A stretch of 64,000 bases of DNA. It comes from Oscillospiraceae bacterium (lineage in GTDB: Bacteria; Bacillota; Clostridia; Oscillospirales; Oscillospiraceae). Below the pieces are notes generated by a model. The model made no database searches, was not told the DNA's origin, and saw only the letters and a list, made by a program, of their open reading frames with translations. The stretch lies in assembly GCA_017502265.1 (NCBI GenBank), contig JAFVVI010000024.1, positions 1,968-65,967 of the forward strand, given 5' to 3'. Both the position numbers and the translations under genes were made by a program. Below, piece by piece: positions 27,697-36,420 of this stretch (its first letter is position 1; every line of letters begins with the position of its first letter).

Positions 27697-29108
27697 CAGT
27701 CAATATCCTTGTGGACTTCCTCAGGAGGCAGGTCCAACTGTTCGGGATGGTGCATGATCCGCTTGAAATGCTTGAAGAAAGCGGCATAGTAAAAGCCGTC
27801 GGCGATCCGCTCATCCATGGAGAACTTAAAATCTACATACTTTTTCTGAATGACCGAGCCGTCCTCTTGAATTTCCAGCGCCCGGCGCTTGCAGCCAAAG
27901 GAGCAGAACACAGGCAGATTGCCGAAGTCATACAGATGGTGGAAAATGGGGGGGATGCCCAGACTACCCATGGAGGTAAAGAATACGCTGCCGTGGAAAG
28001 GACTCAGTTCCAGCAGGAACTTGGGGAGCAAACCGAAATAATCCAACACACGTAGAAGCCACACGGTGAACTTTAAGAAAATACCGGGAATCAGCATCAG
28101 CGTGTGGGCCAAATTGTCAAAGCTGGAATCCAACGGGGTGTTCTTGACATTTTCAATCTCTTTGTTCAGCTTGTTGTAAACATCCTCGGCAGTGTCGGTG
28201 GGGGCCAAATGGACCTTGATGACAGTCTCCGGGGAGGTGGAGCTCATTTCTTTTTTGACGGTGAGGCAGAACTGAATATCATCGCCGTGGGTATAGATTT
28301 TCTGACCGGCAATAAATCGATTCAGCGCCGGATACCGGCACAGGGCACGGCAGTAGCAGGCCAGCAGCACGTGCATGATGCCGAAGGAGGTCATACCCTC
28401 CCGGCGCTTCTGCCGGATATACCGCTCCACATTGGTGATCTCAAAGGATTCCTCAAACAGATTCATAGAACTGCACCGGGTCCACATCACATAAGGGGAG
28501 ACCTGGTTCATCGGCGGTTCGGTGCGGATCCGGCGGCCGTCGGTGCGGTCGCCCCAGGTGGGATGATATTCGTTGGCCGGGTGAATACTGATGGCAAATA
28601 CCACCAGCAGAAGTCCAAGGGTCATCAGCCCATCGGGCAGCAGGAAATCCAGCGCCTGCCAATTACCGGCTCTGACCAAATCCCGGTTTAAGTATAGCAG
28701 CGCGCCCATAGGGAATGCGGCAATGGGCAGAATCAGGGAGGTAGCCGCCACCTTACCGCAGGTGATCTGGGTGTACAGTACGGCGACAAAAAGCATCGCC
28801 ACGGCAAACAGACCGCCGATGAGGGTGTCGAATTTGCCGAAATCATAGCCCACCAGATTGAGTACATAGTAGGCGCACATCAGCCAAACGGGAATGGCAG
28901 TTTTGTAAAACTGCTCCTTGCCCATGAGCAGACAGATGAGAGCATACAGTACAGCAGCTACAACCGGCAGAAGGATTTGGCTCCACGGATCGGTGCCTTT
29001 CCCACCGAACACAACAATGCGGGCCACTGCCGAGCTGACCATACAAAGGGCGACCAGCCAGGTCATAACGTTTTTTAAACTGACATAAAAATGTGTTTTC
29101 TTTTCCAT
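27696..29108 (-). CDS. Membrane protein fused to 2-oxoacid dehydrogenase E2-like (CAT-fold) acyltransferase domain
   Basis: About 6 N-terminal TMs; C-terminal YPALNRF, GSVFFTSMGSLG, SMDERIADG. Start 29108 chosen because the upstream in-frame sequence contains the promoter. Confidence 0.78.
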   Translation of the reverse strand: MEKKTHFYVSLKNVMTWLVALCMVSSAVARIVVFGGKGTDPWSQILLPVVAAVLYALICLLMGKEQFYKTAIPVWLMCAYYVLNLVGYDFGKFDTLIGGLFAVAMLFVAVLYTQITCGKVAATSLILPIAAFPMGALLYLNRDLVRAGNWQALDFLLPDGLMTLGLLLVVFAISIHPANEYHPTWGDRTDGRRIRTEPPMNQVSPYVMWTRCSSMNLFEESFEITNVERYIRQKRREGMTSFGIMHVLLACYCRALCRYPALNRFIAGQKIYTHGDDIQFCLTVKKEMSSTSPETVIKVHLAPTDTAEDVYNKLNKEIENVKNTPLDSSFDNLAHTLMLIPGIFLKFTVWLLRVLDYFGLLPKFLLELSPFHGSVFFTSMGSLGIPPIFHHLYDFGNLPVFCSFGCKRRALEIQEDGSVIQKKYVDFKFSMDERIADGFYYAAFFKHFKRIMHHPEQLDLPPEEVHKDID

Positions 29109-29117
29109 AACGACTTT

Positions 29118-29228
29118 ATTATAACAAAACAGGTCTTGCTTGGCAATAAAAAGTTTTCCCCGCCGCCGAAAAGTTATGGGATAAAATGCAAAGAAATCCT
29201 TGCAATTTTGGGTTTTTTTAGGTATAAT
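29118..29228. promoter_or_regulatory. Divergent sigmaA promoters (E2-like gene / smc operon)
   Basis: Minus: TTGCCA-17-TATAAT (29146-29118); plus: TTGCAA-17-TATAAT (29200-29228). Confidence 0.75.
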
Positions 29229-29269
29229 AAGCTGATTCATTTTTACTTTTTCGACAAGGGGTTTTTGCT

Positions 29270-32200
29270 GTGTATTTAAAATCTCTGGAGGTGCAGGGCT
29301 TTAAGTCCTTCCCTGACAAGACCCTCATTCGCTTTGGCGATGATATTACGGCCATCGTTGGCCCCAACGGCTCCGGTAAATCCAATATTTCCGACGCTAT
29401 TTTGTGGGTTATGGGCGAGCAGAGCACCAAGACGCTTCGTGGCGCCAAAATGGAAGATGTGATCTTCGGCGGCACCCAGAAGCGGTCACCGGTGGGCTTT
29501 GCCGAAGCAACGCTGACCTTGGACAATGCTGACCGTGCGTTGCCCTACGATTCCGACGAGGTGATGATCACCCGCCGGTATTACCGCAGCGGTGATAGTG
29601 AATACTATATCAACAGGCAATCCGCCAGACTCCGCGACATCAACGAGATGTTTATGGACACCGGCCTGGGCCGGGAGGGCTATTCCAATATCGGCCAGGG
29701 CAGAATCGATGAAATTCTGTCCCTGAAGAGTGCAGACCGCCGGGAGATCTTTGAGGAGGCAGCCGGTATCTCCAAGTACCGCCACCGCAAGGAGGAGACC
29801 GAGCGGAAGCTTGCCCATACGGAAGATAACCTGATGCGTATCGGCGATAAGGTCTCCGAACTGGAGCTGCAGCTGGAGCCTTTGCGCGTCCAGTCCGAAA
29901 AGGCCACCAAGTATCTGGCGCTGCGGGAGGAACTGCAGGGCGTGGAAGTGGCGGTATGGCTGGATAAGCTGGAAAAACTGTCTGCCGATGCCAAGAAGGC
30001 GGAGGAGGACCATACCTCCGCGGCCTTTGTGCTGCAGCAGGCCCACGAGGAGCTGGACAAGCTCTATATTTCCACCGAGCAGATGGCAGCCCAGCTGCGC
30101 CATCAGAACGGCGCGGTGGATACCCTGCGGGATCAGATTTCTATGCTGGAGGGTACCCATCAGCAGATCGAAGGCCAGATCGCCATCCTGCGCAGCAGTA
30201 TCGCCCATAACGAAGAGAATATCCGCCGCAGCCGGGAGGACCTGCAGGGACAGGAGGACCGCAGCAGTGGCATTACCGTCCAGTTGGAGCAGGCCAATGC
30301 CCGCGTTGCAGAAATCGAAGACATCATCACCCAAAAGGCCGAGCAGCTGGATAAGCTGCAAGCCAAGCTTTTGGCAATGTCCGCCGATGCACAGGGCCTA
30401 ACCCGGCAGTTTATGGAATTGCGTACCCGGGAAGTGAGCCTCACCGGCGAAGTTGCGGCCAAAGAGGCAGACGCTAAGGCGCTGGAAGCCGGTATGGCCG
30501 AAAGTGTCCAGCGGATCGAGCAGCTACACAAGGATATGCAGTCCGGCGCGGAGCGTCAGCAGCAGGCCGAATCCGAGCTGCAGGAAGTCCGTAAGGCGCT
30601 GAAAGCAGCCCAGGAGGAAGTCACCGCCAATCAAAATGCCATTGCCGGCTATACCCTGCGGCAGCAATCCCGGGCCAAGCGCCGGGACGAGCTTGGCCAG
30701 CAGGTACAAAATCTCCACAGCCAGATGGAGAGTATCTCCGCCAAGGTGGGCGTGTTCCGGGCAATGGAGAAGGACTTTGAAGGCTACCAGAAATCCGTTC
30801 GCGCCGTTATGCAAGAGGCAAAGCGGGGCGGCCTGCGGAATATTCACGGCCCTGTTTCTCAGCTGATCCGCACAGAGGATGACTATACCGTGGCCGTCGA
30901 GATCGCCTTGGGCGGCGCCCTGCAGCAGATCGTTGTGGATAACGAGCAGGACGGCAAGGCCGTACTGAACTACCTAAAACGCACCGGCGGCGGCCGTACC
31001 ACGGTCCTGCCTATGTCTGCTGTGCGGGGCAGAAAACTGCAGGAAAAGGGCGTGGAAAACTGCCGTGGCTATGTGGGTATCGCCTCTGAACTGGTAACAT
31101 TTGAGCCGCGCTATTCCGGTGTGATCGAGGATCTGCTGGGCAGAATCGTGGTGACGGAGAATATTGATTCTGCCATCGCAATGGCCAAGCAGTACGGCAA
31201 CCGCTTCAAGATCGTCACCCTGGACGGACAGGTTATGAACGCCGGCGGCTCTATGACCGGCGGCTCTGTAAACAAGGAAGCCGGTATCCTCAGCCGGGCT
31301 AATGAGCTGGATAAGCTCACCGCCCGGGAGAAAGAATTAAAAGAAAAGCTGGACGGCATTGAAACCGAATTCCAGGAGGCCCGCCGGGCGGCGGACCAGG
31401 TGGAATTCCAGCTGAATACTGCCAAAGAGCAGCTGCAGGAGGCAGAAAAGCAGGCGCTGACCCAGGAGGGTCTGGTGCGCCAGCGGGAGATCTGGCTGCA
31501 GGCCATCTGCGAAGCGGCAGAGGGCGCAAACCGGGAGCTGGAAAGCCTGCAAAAGCGGAATACCGCCGACCGGGAACAGCGCGCTGCGGTACAGGCGCAA
31601 ATCACCCTTTTGACCAATCAACTGTCCGAGACCCGTCAGCAGATCCTTTCTTTGGAGGGTGTGCAGTCTGAGGCGGATCAGGCCGTGGCAACGGTGACAG
31701 ATCAGATCAATGCCCTGCGTACGGACTCTGCGGCGCTGGAAGCCGAGCGCACCACCGCCAATGCCCATATCGCCGACCTGCGGGTGCTGCAGGCAGCCAC
31801 CGAGGGCGACAAAACCAAAAAATTGGCAGATATTGATGCCATCGGCGAGGAAAACCGCCGTCTGGAGACGGAAATTACTCGCCAGCAGCAGCGGCAGGAA
31901 GAGAATGCTGCCGAGATCGCCCGGGTGCGCCAGTCTATGAACGATGCTTTGGGCGAGTATGCCCGGGTAGAGGCCGCCAAATCCAAGGCCGAGGGCGACA
32001 TTCAGGATAAGAATAAGTCTATCCTCACCATGGAGCGTACCTGCGCCCTGCTGGAGAATAAAAAGGAAACCACCCAGATCGAAGAACGCAACACCATCGA
32101 TAAGCTGTGGGAGACTTACGGCCTGACACCGGGCACTGCCGTTGAAAAGCGGGCGCAGATCGAATCCGTCGCTGCCGGCACCCGGCTGATCGCCGAGCTG

Positions 32201-32842
32201 AAGCGGAAGATCTCCGCATTGGGCACACCCAACCTTGGTGCCATCGACGAATATGCCCGTATCAATGAACGCTACGCCTATCTGACGGAGCAGCGGGACG
32301 ATGTGCTGGGCGCTAAGAAGGACTTGGAGGGTATCATCAAGGAGATCACCCAGCAGATGACGGAGATCTTCGTTACGGAATTTGCCAAGATCAACGATTA
32401 TTTCGGCAAGGTCTTTGAGGAAATGTTTGGCGGCGGCAAGGGCCAGCTGCTTTTGGAGGACCCGGAGAATCCGCTGACCTGCGGCATTGAGATCCGTGTC
32501 CAGCCTCCCGGAAAGCAGGTCAAGACGATTACCTTGCTCTCCGGCGGCGAAAAGGCCTTTGTGGCCATCGCTCTGTACTTTGCAATTTTGAAGGTCCGGC
32601 CCACGCCGTTCTGTATGCTCGACGAGATCGATGCGGCGCTGGACGACCGGAATGTGGAGCGATTCTCTTCCTACTTACGGAACTTGAGTACCAAGACCCA
32701 GTTCATTGTTATCACCCACCGCCGCGGCACGATGGAGGCCTCCGATGTACTGTACGGTGTGACCATGCAGGAGCAGGGTATCAGTAAGCTGATCCGTCTG
32801 GACCTGAACCAGATGGAAACCTATCTGGGCATTATGGAATAA
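29270..32842 (+). CDS. smc: Chromosome segregation protein SMC
   Basis: GFKSF, GPNGSGKSN, hinge GGSMTGG, LSGGEK, LDEIDAALD; coiled coils. Confidence 0.97.
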   Translation: MYLKSLEVQGFKSFPDKTLIRFGDDITAIVGPNGSGKSNISDAILWVMGEQSTKTLRGAKMEDVIFGGTQKRSPVGFAEATLTLDNADRALPYDSDEVMITRRYYRSGDSEYYINRQSARLRDINEMFMDTGLGREGYSNIGQGRIDEILSLKSADRREIFEEAAGISKYRHRKEETERKLAHTEDNLMRIGDKVSELELQLEPLRVQSEKATKYLALREELQGVEVAVWLDKLEKLSADAKKAEEDHTSAAFVLQQAHEELDKLYISTEQMAAQLRHQNGAVDTLRDQISMLEGTHQQIEGQIAILRSSIAHNEENIRRSREDLQGQEDRSSGITVQLEQANARVAEIEDIITQKAEQLDKLQAKLLAMSADAQGLTRQFMELRTREVSLTGEVAAKEADAKALEAGMAESVQRIEQLHKDMQSGAERQQQAESELQEVRKALKAAQEEVTANQNAIAGYTLRQQSRAKRRDELGQQVQNLHSQMESISAKVGVFRAMEKDFEGYQKSVRAVMQEAKRGGLRNIHGPVSQLIRTEDDYTVAVEIALGGALQQIVVDNEQDGKAVLNYLKRTGGGRTTVLPMSAVRGRKLQEKGVENCRGYVGIASELVTFEPRYSGVIEDLLGRIVVTENIDSAIAMAKQYGNRFKIVTLDGQVMNAGGSMTGGSVNKEAGILSRANELDKLTAREKELKEKLDGIETEFQEARRAADQVEFQLNTAKEQLQEAEKQALTQEGLVRQREIWLQAICEAAEGANRELESLQKRNTADREQRAAVQAQITLLTNQLSETRQQILSLEGVQSEADQAVATVTDQINALRTDSAALEAERTTANAHIADLRVLQAATEGDKTKKLADIDAIGEENRRLETEITRQQQRQEENAAEIARVRQSMNDALGEYARVEAAKSKAEGDIQDKNKSILTMERTCALLENKKETTQIEERNTIDKLWETYGLTPGTAVEKRAQIESVAAGTRLIAELKRKISALGTPNLGAIDEYARINERYAYLTEQRDDVLGAKKDLEGIIKEITQQMTEIFVTEFAKINDYFGKVFEEMFGGGKGQLLLEDPENPLTCGIEIRVQPPGKQVKTITLLSGGEKAFVAIALYFAILKVRPTPFCMLDEIDAALDDRNVERFSSYLRNLSTKTQFIVITHRRGTMEASDVLYGVTMQEQGISKLIRLDLNQMETYLGIME

Positions 32843-32854
32843 AGGAGCAAACCT

Positions 32855-33760
32855 ATGGGCTTTTTTGACAAAATCAAAGCAGGTCTTACCAAGACCAGAA
32901 CCGCCCTGTCCGATACATTGGGCAGCGTGTTTTCCGGTTTCTCGGAGATTGATGACGATTTCTATGACGAGCTGGAGGAATGCCTGATCCTTGCGGATCT
33001 GGGCGTTGACACGGCGGTGAAGGCCACCGATTGCTTGCGGAAAACCGTCAAGGAGCGGCATATTAAGACCACCGAGGAAGCCAAAGAGGCCCTAAAGGAA
33101 ATTCTGACGGAAATGGTCAGCGTGGGCGAGTCTGCCTTAAATCTGTCCACGACACCCTCTGTGGTGCTGGTGATCGGTGTCAATGGCGTGGGTAAGACCA
33201 CTACCATCGGCAAGATCGCCACCCGGCTGAAAAACGAGGGCAAAAATGTGCTGATGGTGGCCGGTGATACCTTTCGGGCGGCAGCGGCAGATCAGTTGGA
33301 GATCTGGGCCCAGCGGGCCGGCTGCGGCATTGTCCGGCAGCACGAGGGCGCAGACCCTGCAGCTGTGGTCTATGACGGCATCCAGTCCGCCAAAGCCAAG
33401 GGCGTGGATGTGATCCTTATCGATACCGCCGGCCGTCTGCACAATAAGCAGAATTTAATGAATGAGCTGAACAAGATCAGCCGTATTGTGGAACGGGAGC
33501 TGCCCAACGCCGCAAAGGAAGTCCTGCTGGTGCTGGACGGCACCACCGGCCAGAACGGCCTGATCCAGGCCAAGCAGTTTAAGGAGATCGCCGGCGTCAC
33601 CGCTGTGGCGCTGACCAAGCTGGATGGCACCGCCAAAGGCGGTATTGTCATCGCCGTGGCGGACAGTCTGCAGATCCCTGTGAAATTTGTGGGCGTGGGT
33701 GAGCAGGCAGATGATCTGATGCCCTTTGAACCCCGGGACTTTGTGGAGGCGTTGCTGTAA
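32855..33760 (+). CDS. ftsY: SRP receptor FtsY
   Basis: GVNGVGKTT, DTFRAAA, DTAGR, TKLDGTAKGG. Confidence 0.97.
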   Translation: MGFFDKIKAGLTKTRTALSDTLGSVFSGFSEIDDDFYDELEECLILADLGVDTAVKATDCLRKTVKERHIKTTEEAKEALKEILTEMVSVGESALNLSTTPSVVLVIGVNGVGKTTTIGKIATRLKNEGKNVLMVAGDTFRAAAADQLEIWAQRAGCGIVRQHEGADPAAVVYDGIQSAKAKGVDVILIDTAGRLHNKQNLMNELNKISRIVERELPNAAKEVLLVLDGTTGQNGLIQAKQFKEIAGVTAVALTKLDGTAKGGIVIAVADSLQIPVKFVGVGEQADDLMPFEPRDFVEALL

Positions 33761-34366
33761 ATGAAAGTCGTATTAGCAAGTAAAAATAAGCATAAGCTGA
33801 TTGAAATCAGCAAAATTACGGAAAAATTTGATATGGAGCTGGTGCTGCAGTCCGAGTTGGGCGTAGATATCGATGTGGAGGAAAACGGCACCACCTTTGA
33901 AGAGAATTCTCTCATCAAGGCCAAAGCGGTGATGGAGGCCACCGGCCTGCCCGCCCTGGCGGACGATTCCGGCATCGCGGTGGATGCGCTGAACGGTGAG
34001 CCGGGTATCTACTCTGCCCGCTACGGCTTTGACGATTCTTTGGACGATTGGGGCAGATTGGAACTTTTGCTAAAAAACACCGAGCATGTCCCCGACGGCC
34101 AGCGCCAGGCCCAGTTCGTGTGCGTCATCACCATGGTGACCCCGGAGGGTCAGGTCATTCAGGCCCGGGGCGAGATCCACGGCGAGCTGCTCCGCGCGCC
34201 GGTGGGGGAGAATGGCTTTGGCTATGACCCCATTTTCTACTATCCCCCTGCGGGAAAATCCACCGCGGAAATGTCTCCGGAGGATAAGAATCAAGTGTCC
34301 CACCGGGCAAATGCCTTGAAAGTATTTTACGAGAAACTGAAGGAGGCAGGCTATGCTGACAAGTAA
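33761..34366 (+). CDS. rdgB: Non-canonical purine NTP pyrophosphatase (Ham1/RdgB)
   Basis: LADDSG, PGIYSARY, GFGYDP, SHRA. Confidence 0.95.
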   Translation: MKVVLASKNKHKLIEISKITEKFDMELVLQSELGVDIDVEENGTTFEENSLIKAKAVMEATGLPALADDSGIAVDALNGEPGIYSARYGFDDSLDDWGRLELLLKNTEHVPDGQRQAQFVCVITMVTPEGQVIQARGEIHGELLRAPVGENGFGYDPIFYYPPAGKSTAEMSPEDKNQVSHRANALKVFYEKLKEAGYADK

Positions 34367-34823
34367 GGAACGGGCTGACCTGAGAGGTCAGGCTACCACC
34401 ATAGATACCACCTTGATGGTGGGCAAGGGCGGCGTTACCGATGCGGTGATCGCAGAAGCGGAAAATCAACTGACCACCCGGGAACTGGTAAAGGGCAAGG
34501 TGCTTGAGGGCGCAATGCTCACCCCCAGAGAGGTGTGCGATGCCATTTGTGAAGCCACCGGCGCCGAGGGCATCGGTGTGATCGGCACAAAATTCATCAT
34601 TTACCGCTTCAGCGAGAAGCTGCAGGCAGAGCGGAACCAAACCGGCAGAGCCAAGCGCAAGGAAACCCCGCTTGGTAAGAAAAACCCTGTCCGCAAAGGC
34701 GCGCAGGCCCGTAGGCAGGCTGCCAAAAAAGTGCGGGAGCAGCGCAACGAGTATTTCAGACAAATGGCTATCGACAAGGCCATCGAGCGGGATCGGGAGC
34801 GGCAGCTTAAGAATTCTGACTGA
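34353..34823 (+). CDS. yhbY: YhbY/CRM RNA-binding protein with basic C-terminal extension
   Basis: LTSKERA.LR, VGKGG, RELVK, IG..IIYR. Confidence 0.88.
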   Translation: MLTSKERADLRGQATTIDTTLMVGKGGVTDAVIAEAENQLTTRELVKGKVLEGAMLTPREVCDAICEATGAEGIGVIGTKFIIYRFSEKLQAERNQTGRAKRKETPLGKKNPVRKGAQARRQAAKKVREQRNEYFRQMAIDKAIERDRERQLKNSD

Positions 34824-34840
34824 CAGAAAGGGGCGATCGT

Positions 34841-36019
34841 ATGGATCGGATCGGTATTTACGGCGGAACTTTTAACCCACCCCATATTGGGCATATCCGC
34901 GGGGCAAAGTATGCCGCTGATGCGCTTAAGTTGGAAAAAATACTGTTGATCCCATCCTGTGTTGCCCCTCATAAGACGCTGCCTGCCAATTCGCCCACAC
35001 CGGACCAGCGAGCCGAAATGCTGCGCCTGGCGGCAGGGGAGAATATGGAGGTTTGCGATATAGAGCTGCGCCGGGGCGGCGCCAGCTATACCTACGAAAC
35101 TGTGGAAACCCTATCGGCCCAATACCCGGACAAAGAACTGGTCCTGATTATGGGAACGGATATGTTCCTGTCCTTCCTTAGTTGGCGAGAGCCTCAAAGG
35201 ATCCTGCAAAAAGCATCCATCGGCGTCCTATACCGGGGGGATAAAGGCGAACTGGAACAGATCGCCGCCCAGAAAAAAGTATTGGAAGAAACGGGCGCCA
35301 AGGTCTATTTGGCGGAAAACCCCGTGACTGCCATTTCCTCTACCCAACTGCGGCGTATGATGACCTTCCGTTGCGCAGACCCATTTCTGCCGGCGGGCAT
35401 CGGCAGCTATATCCGGGAAAACGGGCTTTACGATACTGCCTGCAGTTACCGCAATCTACCAATAGACCAGCTGGAGCAGGCGGTGGTGAGCCTTCTCAAA
35501 CCCAGCCGGGTGGCCCATGTGCTGGGCTGCCGGGATACGGCGGCGGAGCTTGCGTTGCGTTGGGGCGCTGACCCTACCGATGCGGCCCGGGCAGGCCTCT
35601 TGCACGATGTGACCAAAGCGCTGGACGATTGCCTGCAATTGACATTGTGCCGGGAATATGGTATTGTACTGGGTGAATTTTCCCAGAAAAATCCCAAAAC
35701 CCTCCATGCTCTGACGGGCAGTTTGGTTGCTGACCGTATATTTGGGGAGAACGCAGCGGTGGTGGATGCCATCGCCAGTCACACCACCGGCAAGGCCAAT
35801 ATGAATACCTTGCAAAAAATACTGTATGTTGCCGATTATATGGAGCCAAACCGGGACTTCCCCGGGGTGGAAGAATTGCGTCGGCTTGCCTATACAGACC
35901 TGGATAAAGCGCTGAAACTGGGGTTAGAAATGACCCTGAAGCTGCTTCAGGAGAATCAACAGGACATATCCCCGGAATCTGCAGAGGCCCTTGCCTTTTT
36001 GCAGCAAGCCGGTGTATAA
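34841..36019 (+). CDS. nadD: Fused nicotinate-nucleotide adenylyltransferase NadD and HD-domain YqeK (Ap4A hydrolase)
   Basis: GGTFNPPHIGH, ISSTQLR; then RVAHVLG, LLHDVTK, HTTG, ADYMEP.R. Confidence 0.92.
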   Translation: MDRIGIYGGTFNPPHIGHIRGAKYAADALKLEKILLIPSCVAPHKTLPANSPTPDQRAEMLRLAAGENMEVCDIELRRGGASYTYETVETLSAQYPDKELVLIMGTDMFLSFLSWREPQRILQKASIGVLYRGDKGELEQIAAQKKVLEETGAKVYLAENPVTAISSTQLRRMMTFRCADPFLPAGIGSYIRENGLYDTACSYRNLPIDQLEQAVVSLLKPSRVAHVLGCRDTAAELALRWGADPTDAARAGLLHDVTKALDDCLQLTLCREYGIVLGEFSQKNPKTLHALTGSLVADRIFGENAAVVDAIASHTTGKANMNTLQKILYVADYMEPNRDFPGVEELRRLAYTDLDKALKLGLEMTLKLLQENQQDISPESAEALAFLQQAGV

Positions 36020-36041
36020 GCTATTTGAGAGGAAGAGACGT

Positions 36042-36404
36042 ATGTTAAGTGCAAAAGAAGTTGCTTATGAAGTAACCAAAGCTTTGGATGAGAAGAAGGG
36101 GCAGGATATCAAACTGCTGAAGATCGACAAGGTCAGCTCTCTGGCAGATTATTTTCTGATCTGCACCGGCACCTCCAATACCCATGTCAAGACCCTCTGC
36201 GATTATGCGGAGTTCACCCTTGACCGGTTGGGCGAGCCTATGCTGGGCCGTGAGGGCCACCGTGGTAATGCCTGGGAACTGCTGGACTACGGCAGTGTGG
36301 TAGTCCATGTGTTCACCGAGGAAGCAAGAGAGTTCTATTCTCTGGAGCGCCTGTGGGCCGATGCCGAGCAGGTGGATCTCCGGGAAATTGTGACAGAAGA
36401 GTGA
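36042..36404 (+). CDS. rsfS: Ribosome silencing factor
   Basis: KKGQDI, ADYFLIC, WELLDYG.VVVHVF..R.FY.LERLW. Confidence 0.95.
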   Translation: MLSAKEVAYEVTKALDEKKGQDIKLLKIDKVSSLADYFLICTGTSNTHVKTLCDYAEFTLDRLGEPMLGREGHRGNAWELLDYGSVVVHVFTEEAREFYSLERLWADAEQVDLREIVTEE

Positions 36405-36420
36405 AAGAAGGAAAACGGCT

